A stretch of DNA of 64,000 bases from Octopus sinensis (Eukaryota): the NCBI RefSeq assembly GCF_006345805.1, contig NW_021833911.1, forward strand, positions 1 through 64,000, given 5' to 3'. The position numbers and the translations under genes were made by a program. Below are positions 1 through 9,985 of this stretch, one piece after another; position 1 is the first letter of the stretch; each line of letters starts with the position of its first letter. A model generated the notes under the pieces. That model was not told the origin of the DNA, did no database searches, and was given only the letters and a program-made list of their open reading frames with translations.

Positions 1-164
1 GAAACACATGCACATATATTTAGAAGGCACATAAATACAAAACCCATCTGCAGAGAATTTCGTGTATGGCACAAATCGGAAATTTGATGGGTGCCATGCA
101 TTGAATTTTGGGCCTAAAATCACTTTTGAAATTTTTCTGGGCATATATCTTTTATCTTTTTAAC

Positions 165-398
165 TTTTACTTGTTTCAGTCATTTGATTGCTGCCATGCT
201 GGGGCACCACCTTGAAAAATCTTTAGTTGAACGAAGCGACCCTAGTCCTTCTTTCTTAATTCTGGTATTTTATCGATCTATTTTGTCCAAACGCTATATT
301 ACAGGGATGTAAACAAACCCACACCGGTGGTCAAGCAATAGTGGAGAACAAAACAGGCACAAAAATACATATACACATCTTCTATCTATCTATCTATC

Positions 399-433
<35 letters not shown>

Positions 434-494
434 GTCTGTCTGTCGGTCTGTCTGTATGTCTGTCTGTCTATCTATCTATCTCTACTGTATATAC

Positions 495-526
<32 letters not shown>

Positions 527-677
527 GACAAGCGTCTTTCAGTTTCCGTCAACCAAATCTACTCATGAGGCTTTGGTCGAACCGAAGCTGTAATAGAAAA
601 CACTCGCTCAAGGTACCACGCAGTAGGATTGAACTTGGAACCATGTGGTTGGGAAGTAAACTTCTTACCACACAGCC
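165..677 (-). mobile_element. tRNA-derived SINE, family A (octopus-type, internal microsatellite)
   Basis: Reverse complement of the element at 8785-9180: head '...gtgtggtaagaagtttacttcccaaccacatggttccaagttcaatcctactgcgtggtaccttg', body 'gatttggttgacggaaactgaaagacgcttgtcg', tail 'gccccagcatggcagcaatcaaatgactgaaacaagtaaaag'. Confidence 0.85.
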
Positions 678-739
678 AGGGCTGTCTGACCATCTCTGTC
701 CGGCCTTCCCCATGATTGACCGGTAGTTGCTAAAGCTTT

Positions 740-900
740 CTTTTTTTATTCTCTCTGTTTATTTTCTCGTGTTCCTTTCTGTTGAAGAGCATAGGCTCGA
801 AACGTAAAAGACTTTCTCACCTTCCCGAGCGTTAAACTAATACACCTGTTTGTTGTTTACACATCTGTCTTCGTCATTTGTTTTTCTAAATTCCTACTAT
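740..900 (+). mobile_element. short AT-rich interspersed element with a hammerhead-like motif (Penelope pLTR-like)
   Basis: cttt-ctgttga-a-gagc-atag-gctc-gaaa-cg-ta-aaag at 775-810, followed by a T-rich tail ending in (TA)n. Confidence 0.45.
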
Positions 901-1005
901 ATATACATACATACATACATATATATATATACATATATATATATGTATGTATATTTATATATGTATATATAGATATGTATATATATGTATATATATATAT
1001 GTACA

Positions 1006-1058
<53 letters not shown>

Positions 1059-1111
1059 GTATATATATGTATATATATTTATATATATATGTATATGTGT
1101 ATATATATATG

Positions 1112-1179
<68 letters not shown>

Positions 1180-1182
1180 ATC
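895..1182. repeat. (TA)n/(TATG)n microsatellite
   Basis: Direct reading; source of the YI-repeat ORFs. Confidence 0.98.
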
Positions 1183-2778
1183 TAAGCTCATGCATTAAGT
1201 GCCATTTTCCCTCACTGTCCCATTAAGTTTCTTTGTGTGTGTGGATGTGTATGGATTTTCATATGCGCACGCGTGTACGCGTTTATTTATGCATATATAA
1301 TCTACAGACAAGACGAGTGGAACAGTACTCAATGCAAGAGAGAAAAGGAGTGAGTGAGCGAGCAAACGAAAGAGGAAGAGAGATAGGGAGGAAGTATTAT
1401 TTATGATTGTAGCACCTGTTCCTCACATCTGATAAATCGAATTTCACGTTTCTGCTCATCAGAGTGAATGTGAAGTCTGATCTCCAAAATTGTGAAATTC
1501 GAATAGTGAATGGTCAGAAATGTAAGGTATTTCGTCCAAGAGTATTCTACCAACTCGGTCAAATGGGTACCCTGATATTATTATACTAGACACGCTGGAA
1601 ATCGGACATAACTAAGCTTGATACACATTCTAAAATTAGAAATACATCTGTAGTTCCATGCATTTTTTTCGCATGCTTGCAGGCAGCCTCGCAACATTGA
1701 TTATATTTCTCCTGTTTCTCAACGTTGACGCACCATTTCAGAACAACATGAGGAGAAGAAGAGAGTTAGAGTCTTTCTCAAGGGCAGTGAATGACAATAA
1801 ATGAACAGATATGGCTCCAACCGGGCACCAATCCGCCTCATGGACTAGGTTAGTGTGGAATATTTGATAAAATACGATATATATATATATTTTTATATTT
1901 TTGTAAATTTTTTTCTTAAAGCATGAAGCCAACATCATTTCAATATTTTACTGTCATCAGCATTTTTTGTGTACATCATAAAATAATTCAATTGTAGATT
2001 CAACTTGTTTGGGAGGTTATTTTTATAATATTTTATTTTACGTTTTCGTGGGGGTTTTGCATATTATTTTTCTTTCTTTCATTATATTTATATAAATCGC
2101 TATTTACTTCCTACATCCAAGACAAACTCTTCTTTGTACTCTTGACTCCAGCAATAACTTAAAGATTTTCTTTCACTATTCATTTTATTTTTCTTCTTTG
2201 ATTTCTTTGTATTTATTTTATTTATTGCCTCCTTTCTTTCTCTTTTTCTTTCATTCAGTGAGAAATAGTAAAAAAAAAACGAAAAACGAACAAGATAAGC
2301 CTAAACTGTCTTTCCTCACTCTCTTTCTTTCTTCTTTCTCTTTTTCACATTGTCTCTTCTCATTCTATCTACCCTTTAGTAAATTTCTTTTTACTGCCTT
2401 CACCCTCTCTCTCTCTCCCATTCCCTCCTTTTCTCTCTTTCTCTCTCTGTCTCTCTCTTTTTCACTCTTTCTCTACCCCCGGAATTGACTTCATAAGGTT
2501 AATAGACTTACCCAGAGCGAAGAGGAATCGCTGAATGATCGGAAACCAATAATAATAACAACAACAGCAATAAGAACAACAGCAACAACAACATCAGCAG
2601 TAACAACAACAACAACGTTAATGGTAACATACAGTTTATGGGGCTTTAAGAAAATAATAAAAACAACAACAAACAACAGACACGCATATATGCAACAACA
2701 ACAAGCAGCAACAATACACTAACAAGATCAATGAAAACACGAGCACAAGAAAAGCTAAATCAAATAAAAATAGCAATA

Positions 2779-2779
<1 letters not shown>

Positions 2780-2832
<53 letters not shown>

Positions 2833-3114
2833 CAGCAGGAGGAAGAGGGTAGGACGACGACAAAGAGGACGACAGCGACGGCGATGATGATGATGATGAT
2901 GAACAAAATAAAGAAATAATGACAATAAGCCAAAGAAGAAGAAAAAAAAAAAAAAAAGAAGAAGAAGAAAAAGAAGAAGAAAGAAGAAGAAGAAAAAAAG
3001 AAGAAGAAGAAAAAGAGATAAGAAGAAAAAAAAGAAGAAGAAGAAAAAGAAGAATAAGAAAAAGAAGAAGGCAAGTAAAGTAAGTAAGAAAGAAAGAAAG
3101 AAAAAGAAAGAAAA

Positions 3115-3154
<40 letters not shown>

Positions 3155-3160
3155 AAAATG
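2780..3160. repeat. compound (AAT)n, (GAT)n, (GAA)n, (GAAA)n microsatellite
   Basis: Direct reading. Confidence 0.95.
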
Positions 3161-3639
3161 TTATAAAATTTAAAGAAAGAAATAACAACAAAGAAAAAAG
3201 TTAGAAAAAGAAAAATAAAGTTAGAGAGAAGCCAGGCAGAAAGAGAAATAAGAGAGAGACAGAGTGAAGAAAAGGTGAAAGAGAAGGAAAAAATGTGAAA
3301 GCAATGGAAAACCAAACCCCAGAATTCCAACGGTAACCTCCTCATCACGTATTCAACACTACCATCATTACACTCGCCTTAACAAGTTTATCGCATATAA
3401 TCAAAACATCCTTGGTCCACCATCATCATCGTTATATCGTCAGCCTCAGCCCCCATTATCACCACGACCACCAGCACCACCACAACCAAAATTTGCATTA
3501 AAATCAATATAAGAGACCACAAATTATACTTCGCAACTCAGCATACTATTGGCTGGATTTCTCTCCCAATAATTTCTATATTCTGCAGATTTTAAAACAG
3601 TATACAGAGATACATGTAGACGTACATATATAAAAACAC

Positions 3640-3681
<42 letters not shown>

Positions 3682-4340
3682 ATACACACACACACAACAC
3701 ACATATATAATCTAATAATAATTTCATTCGGCTCCATACAACTTGCAAGTTTCCTAGACTCGTCAAGCGAACCTAACTCGTCAGGCCCGTAGAAGCGAAT
3801 GTGGAGGAATTGCTGTCTGGGTATTGGGACGCCGTTGGTCGATGCAAATCAATTTGCTAGCGACATCAGTTCCCGTTTAGAATTTATAGAACCACGTACT
3901 AAAAGACACAACAAGTTAGTGACGATACTCTGCGTGCATATGTGTGTGTGCGTGCGTGTCTGTGTGTGTGTGTATGTGTGTGTGCGTGATTCTATTGTAT
4001 GCTCATATGAGACTGGTGTGTGCGTGCACTGGTGTATTGGTCTGTTGCATCCGTTTTCATGTAGTAACAGCAACGTATGATATTTTCGCTCTTTCGCCTT
4101 GCTGAGGTGGAGCTTCGAAGGGATTTTTTTTGTCAGGCAAATCAACCCAACACTTATTTCTAAAAGTCTGATACATATTCTTTTGGGTCTCTTTCGCTGA
4201 ATCACTAAGTTACGATGTTTATCAACTGCTGTAGTGGAGCAAACACAGACAGACACAATGAAATTCATATACACACATCACACATACATATAATAAGCAC
4301 ACGCGCGCACGCACACACACACACACACACATATATAGCA

Positions 4341-4420
4341 TTGGGGTCGATGTAATCGACTTAATCCCTTTGTCTGTCCTTGTTTATCTTCTCTATGTTT
4401 AGCCCCTTGTGGCAATAAAG

Positions 4421-4423
<3 letters not shown>
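4341..4423 (+). mobile_element. 3' fragment of SINE family B
   Basis: 'tggggtcgatgtaatcgacttaatccctttgtctgtccttgttt...agccccttgtggcaataaagaaa' matches the family B tail at 22365-22505 and the reverse complement at 50690-50935. Confidence 0.8.
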
Positions 4424-4487
<64 letters not shown>

Positions 4488-4642
4488 AATTAAGGACTGA
4501 ACACGAAAAGGTGGACAGTCAACATGCTAGATATAGACGTCAAACGCCATTCTCCCACAAAGATTTTGTTCTCAAATAAAAATAAAATCACACACCTAAA
4601 GCAATGGATGAGACAAAAAAACAATACTAAATGGAATAATTA

Positions 4643-4704
4643 CCTACGTACTGCGATTTCAGCTATTAATATCACAAGGTATCTGTAACTTCATCAGCGT
4701 AGTT
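4643..4704 (-). ncRNA. type I hammerhead ribozyme (array copy, stem III variant)
   Basis: Minus strand reads aactacg-CTGATGA-agtta...tagct-GAAA-tcgcag-TA-cgtagg; 'tc' replaces 'ct' after GAAA relative to the other copies. Confidence 0.65.
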
Positions 4705-5180
4705 TGTTATGAGCATAATATGCTGTACTAGATGAAAAACGGTACCGGAGTCCCGCATGCAAAAAGTACAACCTATTACGTTCGGATGTATCTTTCGAAT
4801 GCCTCTACTTTTGGGCGCGCTGATAATCGAAAAACTAGCCTGCAGTTAATAAATTAGCAGCAGTCAATTTATCGGTTGAGAGACATATAATTCATATTTA
4901 AAAATAAGGGTAGAAATTGATATTAGTCAATTAAACCAGTGGTCTAGCACATTAAAAAGAATCCGAAGATTTAAAATATTATATATCCCAATTAAGGACT
5001 GAACACGAAAAGGTGGACAGTCAACATGCTAGATATAGACGTCAAATCGCCATTCTCCACAAGATTTTGTTCTCAAATAAAAATAAAATTCAGCACGACC
5101 TAAAGCAATGGATGAGACAAAAGAAAATACTAAATGGAATAATTACCCTACGTACTTACAGCATATTATGCTCATAACAA

Positions 5181-5242
5181 ACTACGCTGATGAAGTTACA
5201 GATATCCTTGTGATATTAATAGCTGAAACTGCAGTACGTAGG
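5181..5242 (+). ncRNA. type I hammerhead ribozyme
   Basis: ctacg(5182-86) CTGATGA(5187-93) agtta..tagct stem II, GAAA(5225-28), ctgcag palindromic stem III, GUA cleavage after 5236, cgtag(5237-41) closes stem I. Confidence 0.88.
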
Positions 5243-5678
5243 TATTATTCCATTTAGTATTTTTCTTTTGTCTCATCCATTGCTTTAGGTCGTGCTGATT
5301 TTATTTTTTATTTGAGAACAAAATCTTTGTGGAAATGGCGATTTGACGTCTATATCTAGCATGGTTGACTGTCCACCTTTTCGTGTTCAGTCCTTAATTG
5401 GTATATATAAATATTTTAATCTTCGGATTCTTTTTAATGTGCTAGACCACTGGTTTTAATTGACTAATATCAATTTCTACCTTAAATTTAATAATATGAA
5501 TATATGTTCTCAACCGATAATTGACTGCTGCTAATTATTAACTGCAGGCTAGTTTTTCGATTATCAGCGCGCCAAAAGTAGAGGCATTCGAAGATACATC
5601 CGAACGTAATAGGTTGTACTTTTTGCATGCGGACTCCGGTACCGTTTTCATCTAGTACAGCATATTATGCTCATAACA

Positions 5679-5742
5679 AACTACGCTGATGAAGTTACAG
5701 ATATCCTTGTGATATTAATAGCTGAAACTGCAGTACGTAGTT
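5679..5742 (+). ncRNA. type I hammerhead ribozyme
   Basis: aactacg(5679-85) CTGATGA(5686-92) agtta..tagct GAAA(5724-27) ctgcag TA(5734-35) cgtagtt(5736-42); 7-bp stem I. Confidence 0.9.
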
Positions 5743-6285
5743 AATTATTCCATTTAGTATTTTTCTTTGTGTCTCACCATTGCTTTAGGTCGTGCTGATT
5801 TTATTTTTATTTGAGAACAAATCTTTGTGGAGAATGGCGATTTTGACGTCTATATCTAGCATGTTGACTGTCCACCTTTTCGTGTTCAGTCCTTAATTGG
5901 TATATATAAATATTTTAATCTCGGATTCTTTTAAATGTGCTAGACCACTGGTGTTAATTGACTAATATCAATTCTACCCTTAATTTTTATATATAGTAAT
6001 ATATATATATATATATATATAATAATATGTGCGACGTGACTCCTTACAGTTTCTTTATACCAAATTCATTTACAAAGTGAGCTTCTGTGTTTAATTTTCT
6101 TTTCTTCTTTTACTGATATTCATTCTGATCTTTTTTGTGTGTTGTTTTAATCGTTTGTTTGCAACTATTGTTATAAGTGCTCTTACCTTTGCTGTCGTTG
6201 TTGTTGTTGTAAGTGTTTGTTGCAGTTGTTGTTGGTGTTGACGTATTTCTTTTAAGAAATATACTTTCTTCTTGTAATTGCTTCA

Positions 6286-6470
6286 GCAAAGAGGAGCGCT
6301 ACAAATTCCACCATCAAAGCAACAGAGAAAGCTTCTTGGTGGCTTTGGGTAAAGAAATCAGATCAGTGGTTTGCTGCTACTGAGATTCTATAAAGGACTT
6401 GGTCAACTCCGCTTGGGTCCTGAGACCCCAGAAACATCACTTACGAAGCATCCCAGAGCATCCGTGAGAC
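6286..6470 (+). mobile_element. 3'-terminal fragment of a HERO-like RLE non-LTR retrotransposon
   Basis: 6286-6393 translates AKRSATNSTIKATEKASWWLWVKKSDQWFAATEIL*, resembling the recalled 'AEKASRWLWIKR' C-terminus of HERO-clade proteins; a short GC-richer 3' UTR follows. Confidence 0.55.
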
Positions 6471-6955
6471 GTATCTTATAACTCACGCAGTTCTTGGAAT
6501 TATTATTGTTGTTGCTGTTGTCGAGTTCATCTTTTCCGATTGATATTCTCGAAACCTAACCTTTCTTCACGGAGAGCGTATAAAGTATTTTGCCTGTGTC
6601 CTTAATCCCCACTTTCATTACGCACACACACACACACATTCGTTTTTGTATCTGGGGATAGTCATACTGCCTTAATATCCAACATACTCAACGATTCAAT
6701 TTCCGTAGACCAAAAGGAACGCAGCTCCGATAACGGACCAATTCAACATCCTTTGACAAGGTTGCAAAAACAACGAAAATGTTGGAGAGGAAATAAATAA
6801 ATAAACGAGTGGAAATGGAACCGGTGAGTGTGTTATATATTAAGGCAGCAATATAATTAATTTACAAACTGAAATAGTGTCCACACGCATAAAATGGGTA
6901 TAATTTACTTTTGAGGTGTGTGTGTGTGTGTGTATGTGCGTGTATGCGTGTATAC

Positions 6956-6994
<39 letters not shown>

Positions 6995-7513
6995 AAGAAA
7001 GAAAGAAAGAATGAATGAAAGAAAGAAAGAAAGAAACAAAGAAACAAAGAAACAAAGAAAGAAAGAAAGAGAGACAGAAGAGAGATAGAAAGATAGATAG
7101 ACATTGATTTTACATAACTTAGGAGTAGAATTTTAGCACCCAGGAAACTTTACCTCTAAAAAGTGGGTTGAGAAAAGGAATTGTATCCTTAGAACGAGGG
7201 GATCTACTCTCATTTAGACTCGGCTAAAAACCTGCTGCAAGTAGATTTAAACCGGGCGGTAAAATACGTGAAACAGAAAATGACACAAGTTGCATATCGT
7301 GAAAAAGTCTTTTCTCAGCTTTCATGAAGAAAATCAAATTCGTTCATAGGTGTACATCGTCCAGTGATACTAATCTCCAGAATGACTAGACATAAGTATA
7401 CTGAGCGAATGAGAGCGCTTCTATGTGATCCAACGATTTTCTAGAAATAGCAGCGCAATATTTAGTGACCCCACTAAAAATTCACTGGATAATGTAGACC
7501 TACATATATGATA

Positions 7514-7900
7514 GTGGAGGCGCAATGGCCCAGTGGTTAGGGCAGCAGACTCGCGGTCATAGGATCGCGGTTTCGATTCACAGACCGGCGTTGTGAGTGT
7601 TTATTGAGCGAAAACACCTAAAAGTTCCACGAGGCTCCGGCAGGGGATGGTGGTGATCCCTGCTGTACTCTTTCACCACAACTTTCTCTCACTCTTACTT
7701 CCTGTTTCTGTTGTACCTGTATTTCAAAGGGCCGGCCTTGTCACTCTCTGTGTCACGCTGAATATCCCCGAGAACTACGTTAAGGGTACACGTGTCTGTG
7801 GAGTGCTCAGCCACTTACACGTTAATTTCACGAGCAGGCTGTTCCGTTGATTCGGATCAACCGGAATTCTCGTCGTCGTAACCGACGGAGTGCTTCCAAC
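7514..7900 (+). mobile_element. tRNA-derived SINE, family C (3' end type 1)
   Basis: A-box 'tggcccagtgg' at ~7526 and B-box 'ggtttcgattcac' at ~7569; tail 'gagaactacgttaagggtacac...gtcgtcgtaaccgacggagtgc' shared with 43210-43525. Confidence 0.85.
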
Positions 7901-8137
7901 ATATATGATATCTGAAAAACAGGCGCCTGTAATGCATAGCTCCCCTAAGTAAGAGTACATTAGAAGGGGTGAATAACAACAGCAATACGTATAGTTTAAA
8001 GTAAAGAGACGACGTTGATCAGTGTAGTTCTAAAGACACGATGTCCGAGATGCAACAGGATGTGCTCCGCTTTTTGCAAACAGAATTATCCGTCCACCTT
8101 TCCACAACGGAACAAGGCTTCGTGAACAGCATCAACA

Positions 8138-8507
8138 GTGGAGGCGCAATGGCCCAGTGGTTAGGGCTGCGGACTCGTGGTCGGAGGATCACGGTTTCGA
8201 TTCCCAGACCGGGCGTTGTGTGTGTTTATTGAGCGAAAACACCTAAAGATTCATGCGGCCCCGTTAGGAGGTGGTGGCGACCCCTGTTGTATTCTTTCGC
8301 CCCAACTTTCTCTCACTCTTTCTTCCTGTTTCTTGTCCCCGACTTCCTACGCAACCGCTGAGCCTGGATGCGCATTCATCCATCCGTCAATGCTCTCGGT
8401 GTCGGGAGTTGACTTGTTTTCTCTTCTGCGGGTCTTACAAATAGCAAAGGACCACGTTTCGGACTTCTCCCATCTTGCGAGCTCTGGGACGAAGACTGTT
8501 CGCTCAA
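8138..8507 (+). mobile_element. tRNA-derived SINE, family C head with a different 3' end (type 2)
   Basis: Same head 'gtggaggcgcaatggcccagtggttagggc...' as 7514; diverges after 'ctctcactctttcttcctgtttct'. Confidence 0.8.
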
Positions 8508-8784
8508 CAGCAACAGCATCAACAATGGCAATAACACCGATAACAAGGATAACGACATCAACAATAAAAGTAGAAGCAGCGTGACCAACAACAACAACTT
8601 TCAAGACAATCCTTATAATCTCATATTATCAAATTCCTTCACGTAATAAACGCGTTGGCCTCGTACAGGAGGTCATACATTGCCCATGGGTTCATGACGT
8701 CTTACTAACCAAAAAATAGCAATGAATAAGAGATGATTTTAAGGACGATCTTTGACATTTCTCAATGTTGCTATCTAATTTCTC

Positions 8785-9180
8785 GGCGTAGGAGTGGCTG
8801 TGTGGTAAGTAGCTTGCTTACCAACCACATAGTTCAGGCTTCAGTCCCACTGCGTGGCACCTTGGGTAAGTGTCATCTACTATAGCCTCGGGCCGACCAA
8901 AGACTTGTGAGTAGATTTGGTAGACGGAAACTGAAAAAAGCCCGTCGTATATATGTATATCTAAATGTATGTGTGTGTATATGTTTGCGTGTCTGTGTTT
9001 GTCCCCCCAACATCGCTTGACAACCGATACTGGTGTGTTTACGTCCCCGTAACATAGCGGTTCGGCAAAAGAACCCGATAGAATAAGTACTAGGCTTACA
9101 AAGTCCTGGGGTGGATTTGCTCGACTAAAGGTGGTGCTCCAGTATAGCCACAGTCAAATGACTGAAACAAGTAAAAGAGT
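8785..9180 (+). mobile_element. tRNA-derived SINE, family A (full length)
   Basis: A-box 'tggctgtgtgg', B-box-like 'ggcttcagtccc', internal (TA)/(TG) microsatellite, tail 'gtcaaatgactgaaacaagtaaaagagta'; about 10 copies in the window. Confidence 0.9.
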
Positions 9181-9763
9181 ATCTTTAATATATATATATA
9201 TTTATATATACACATACACATATATATGTATGTATATATAATCTTTTCTATATTTAATTAAATATCTAAAACTATATGAAAAAAATCTAAACAAAAGAAA
9301 AGCAACTTTGTATTGCATTTCAAGGGTATTTTTTTACATTAATGGGCAATGTTAACCTGTTTAACACTCTCCTATAAGCATAGATCCCCTACACACACGT
9401 TCATATATGCATGCACATAAACATACACACGTTCATACAAACATGCATACGCACCCATACATATACACGTATACCTATATCTATACAAACGCATATACAT
9501 AGATGCGCTCTTACACACTTACATCATAGACAAACGTACGTAGAAGCACAAGCATACATACGCGTAGAATAAATTGCCCTTACTTTTTAAATCAGAACAA
9601 GAAATAAGTTCCATCTTCGTTGATTAAAAGTAGAAAAAAAACCAAAATATTTAATACTTAGACGTACTTAAAACCCTCACATTGTTAATTCATTGAGGAA
9701 TTTTCTGTCATATGCACACATACTTGCATTATATACTACGCGGCAACACGTGTGTGTGTCGCG

Positions 9764-9799
<36 letters not shown>

Positions 9800-9800
9800 C

Positions 9801-9837
<37 letters not shown>

Positions 9838-9985
9838 ATATATTATATATATATATATATAATATATATTATATATGTATGTATGTATGTGTGTGTTTTT
9901 GTGTGGATATACCTATGTGTCTATGTATGTATGTCAATGAAATGAATGTATTTAATTACAAATTGCTATTATTATTATTATTATT

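Larger units (their letters stand above)
4486..5990. mobile_element. tandem/inverted array of a ~499 bp hammerhead-ribozyme monomer (non-LTR retrozyme or Penelope pseudo-LTR)
   Basis: 4486-5155 holds about 1.3 monomers with the ribozyme on minus; 5157-5990 holds about 1.7 monomers with the ribozyme on plus; flanked by (TA)n on both sides; no ORF in the track. Confidence 0.85.

Noticed and set aside
1430-1470. Minus-strand CTGATGA-gcagaaacgt-GAAA-ttcga
   Set aside because: Only a 2-bp stem II, no stem I and no proper UH site; compatible with chance
1935-1965. Minus-strand CTGATGA-cagtaaaatattgaaa
   Set aside because: Stem II consumes the G of GAAA, and stems I and III are absent
7514-7590. 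tRNA gene-like sequences (also 8138, 8785, 47438, 50860-50935)
   Set aside because: A/B boxes are present but continue into SINE bodies; no acceptor stem closure, so these are SINE heads
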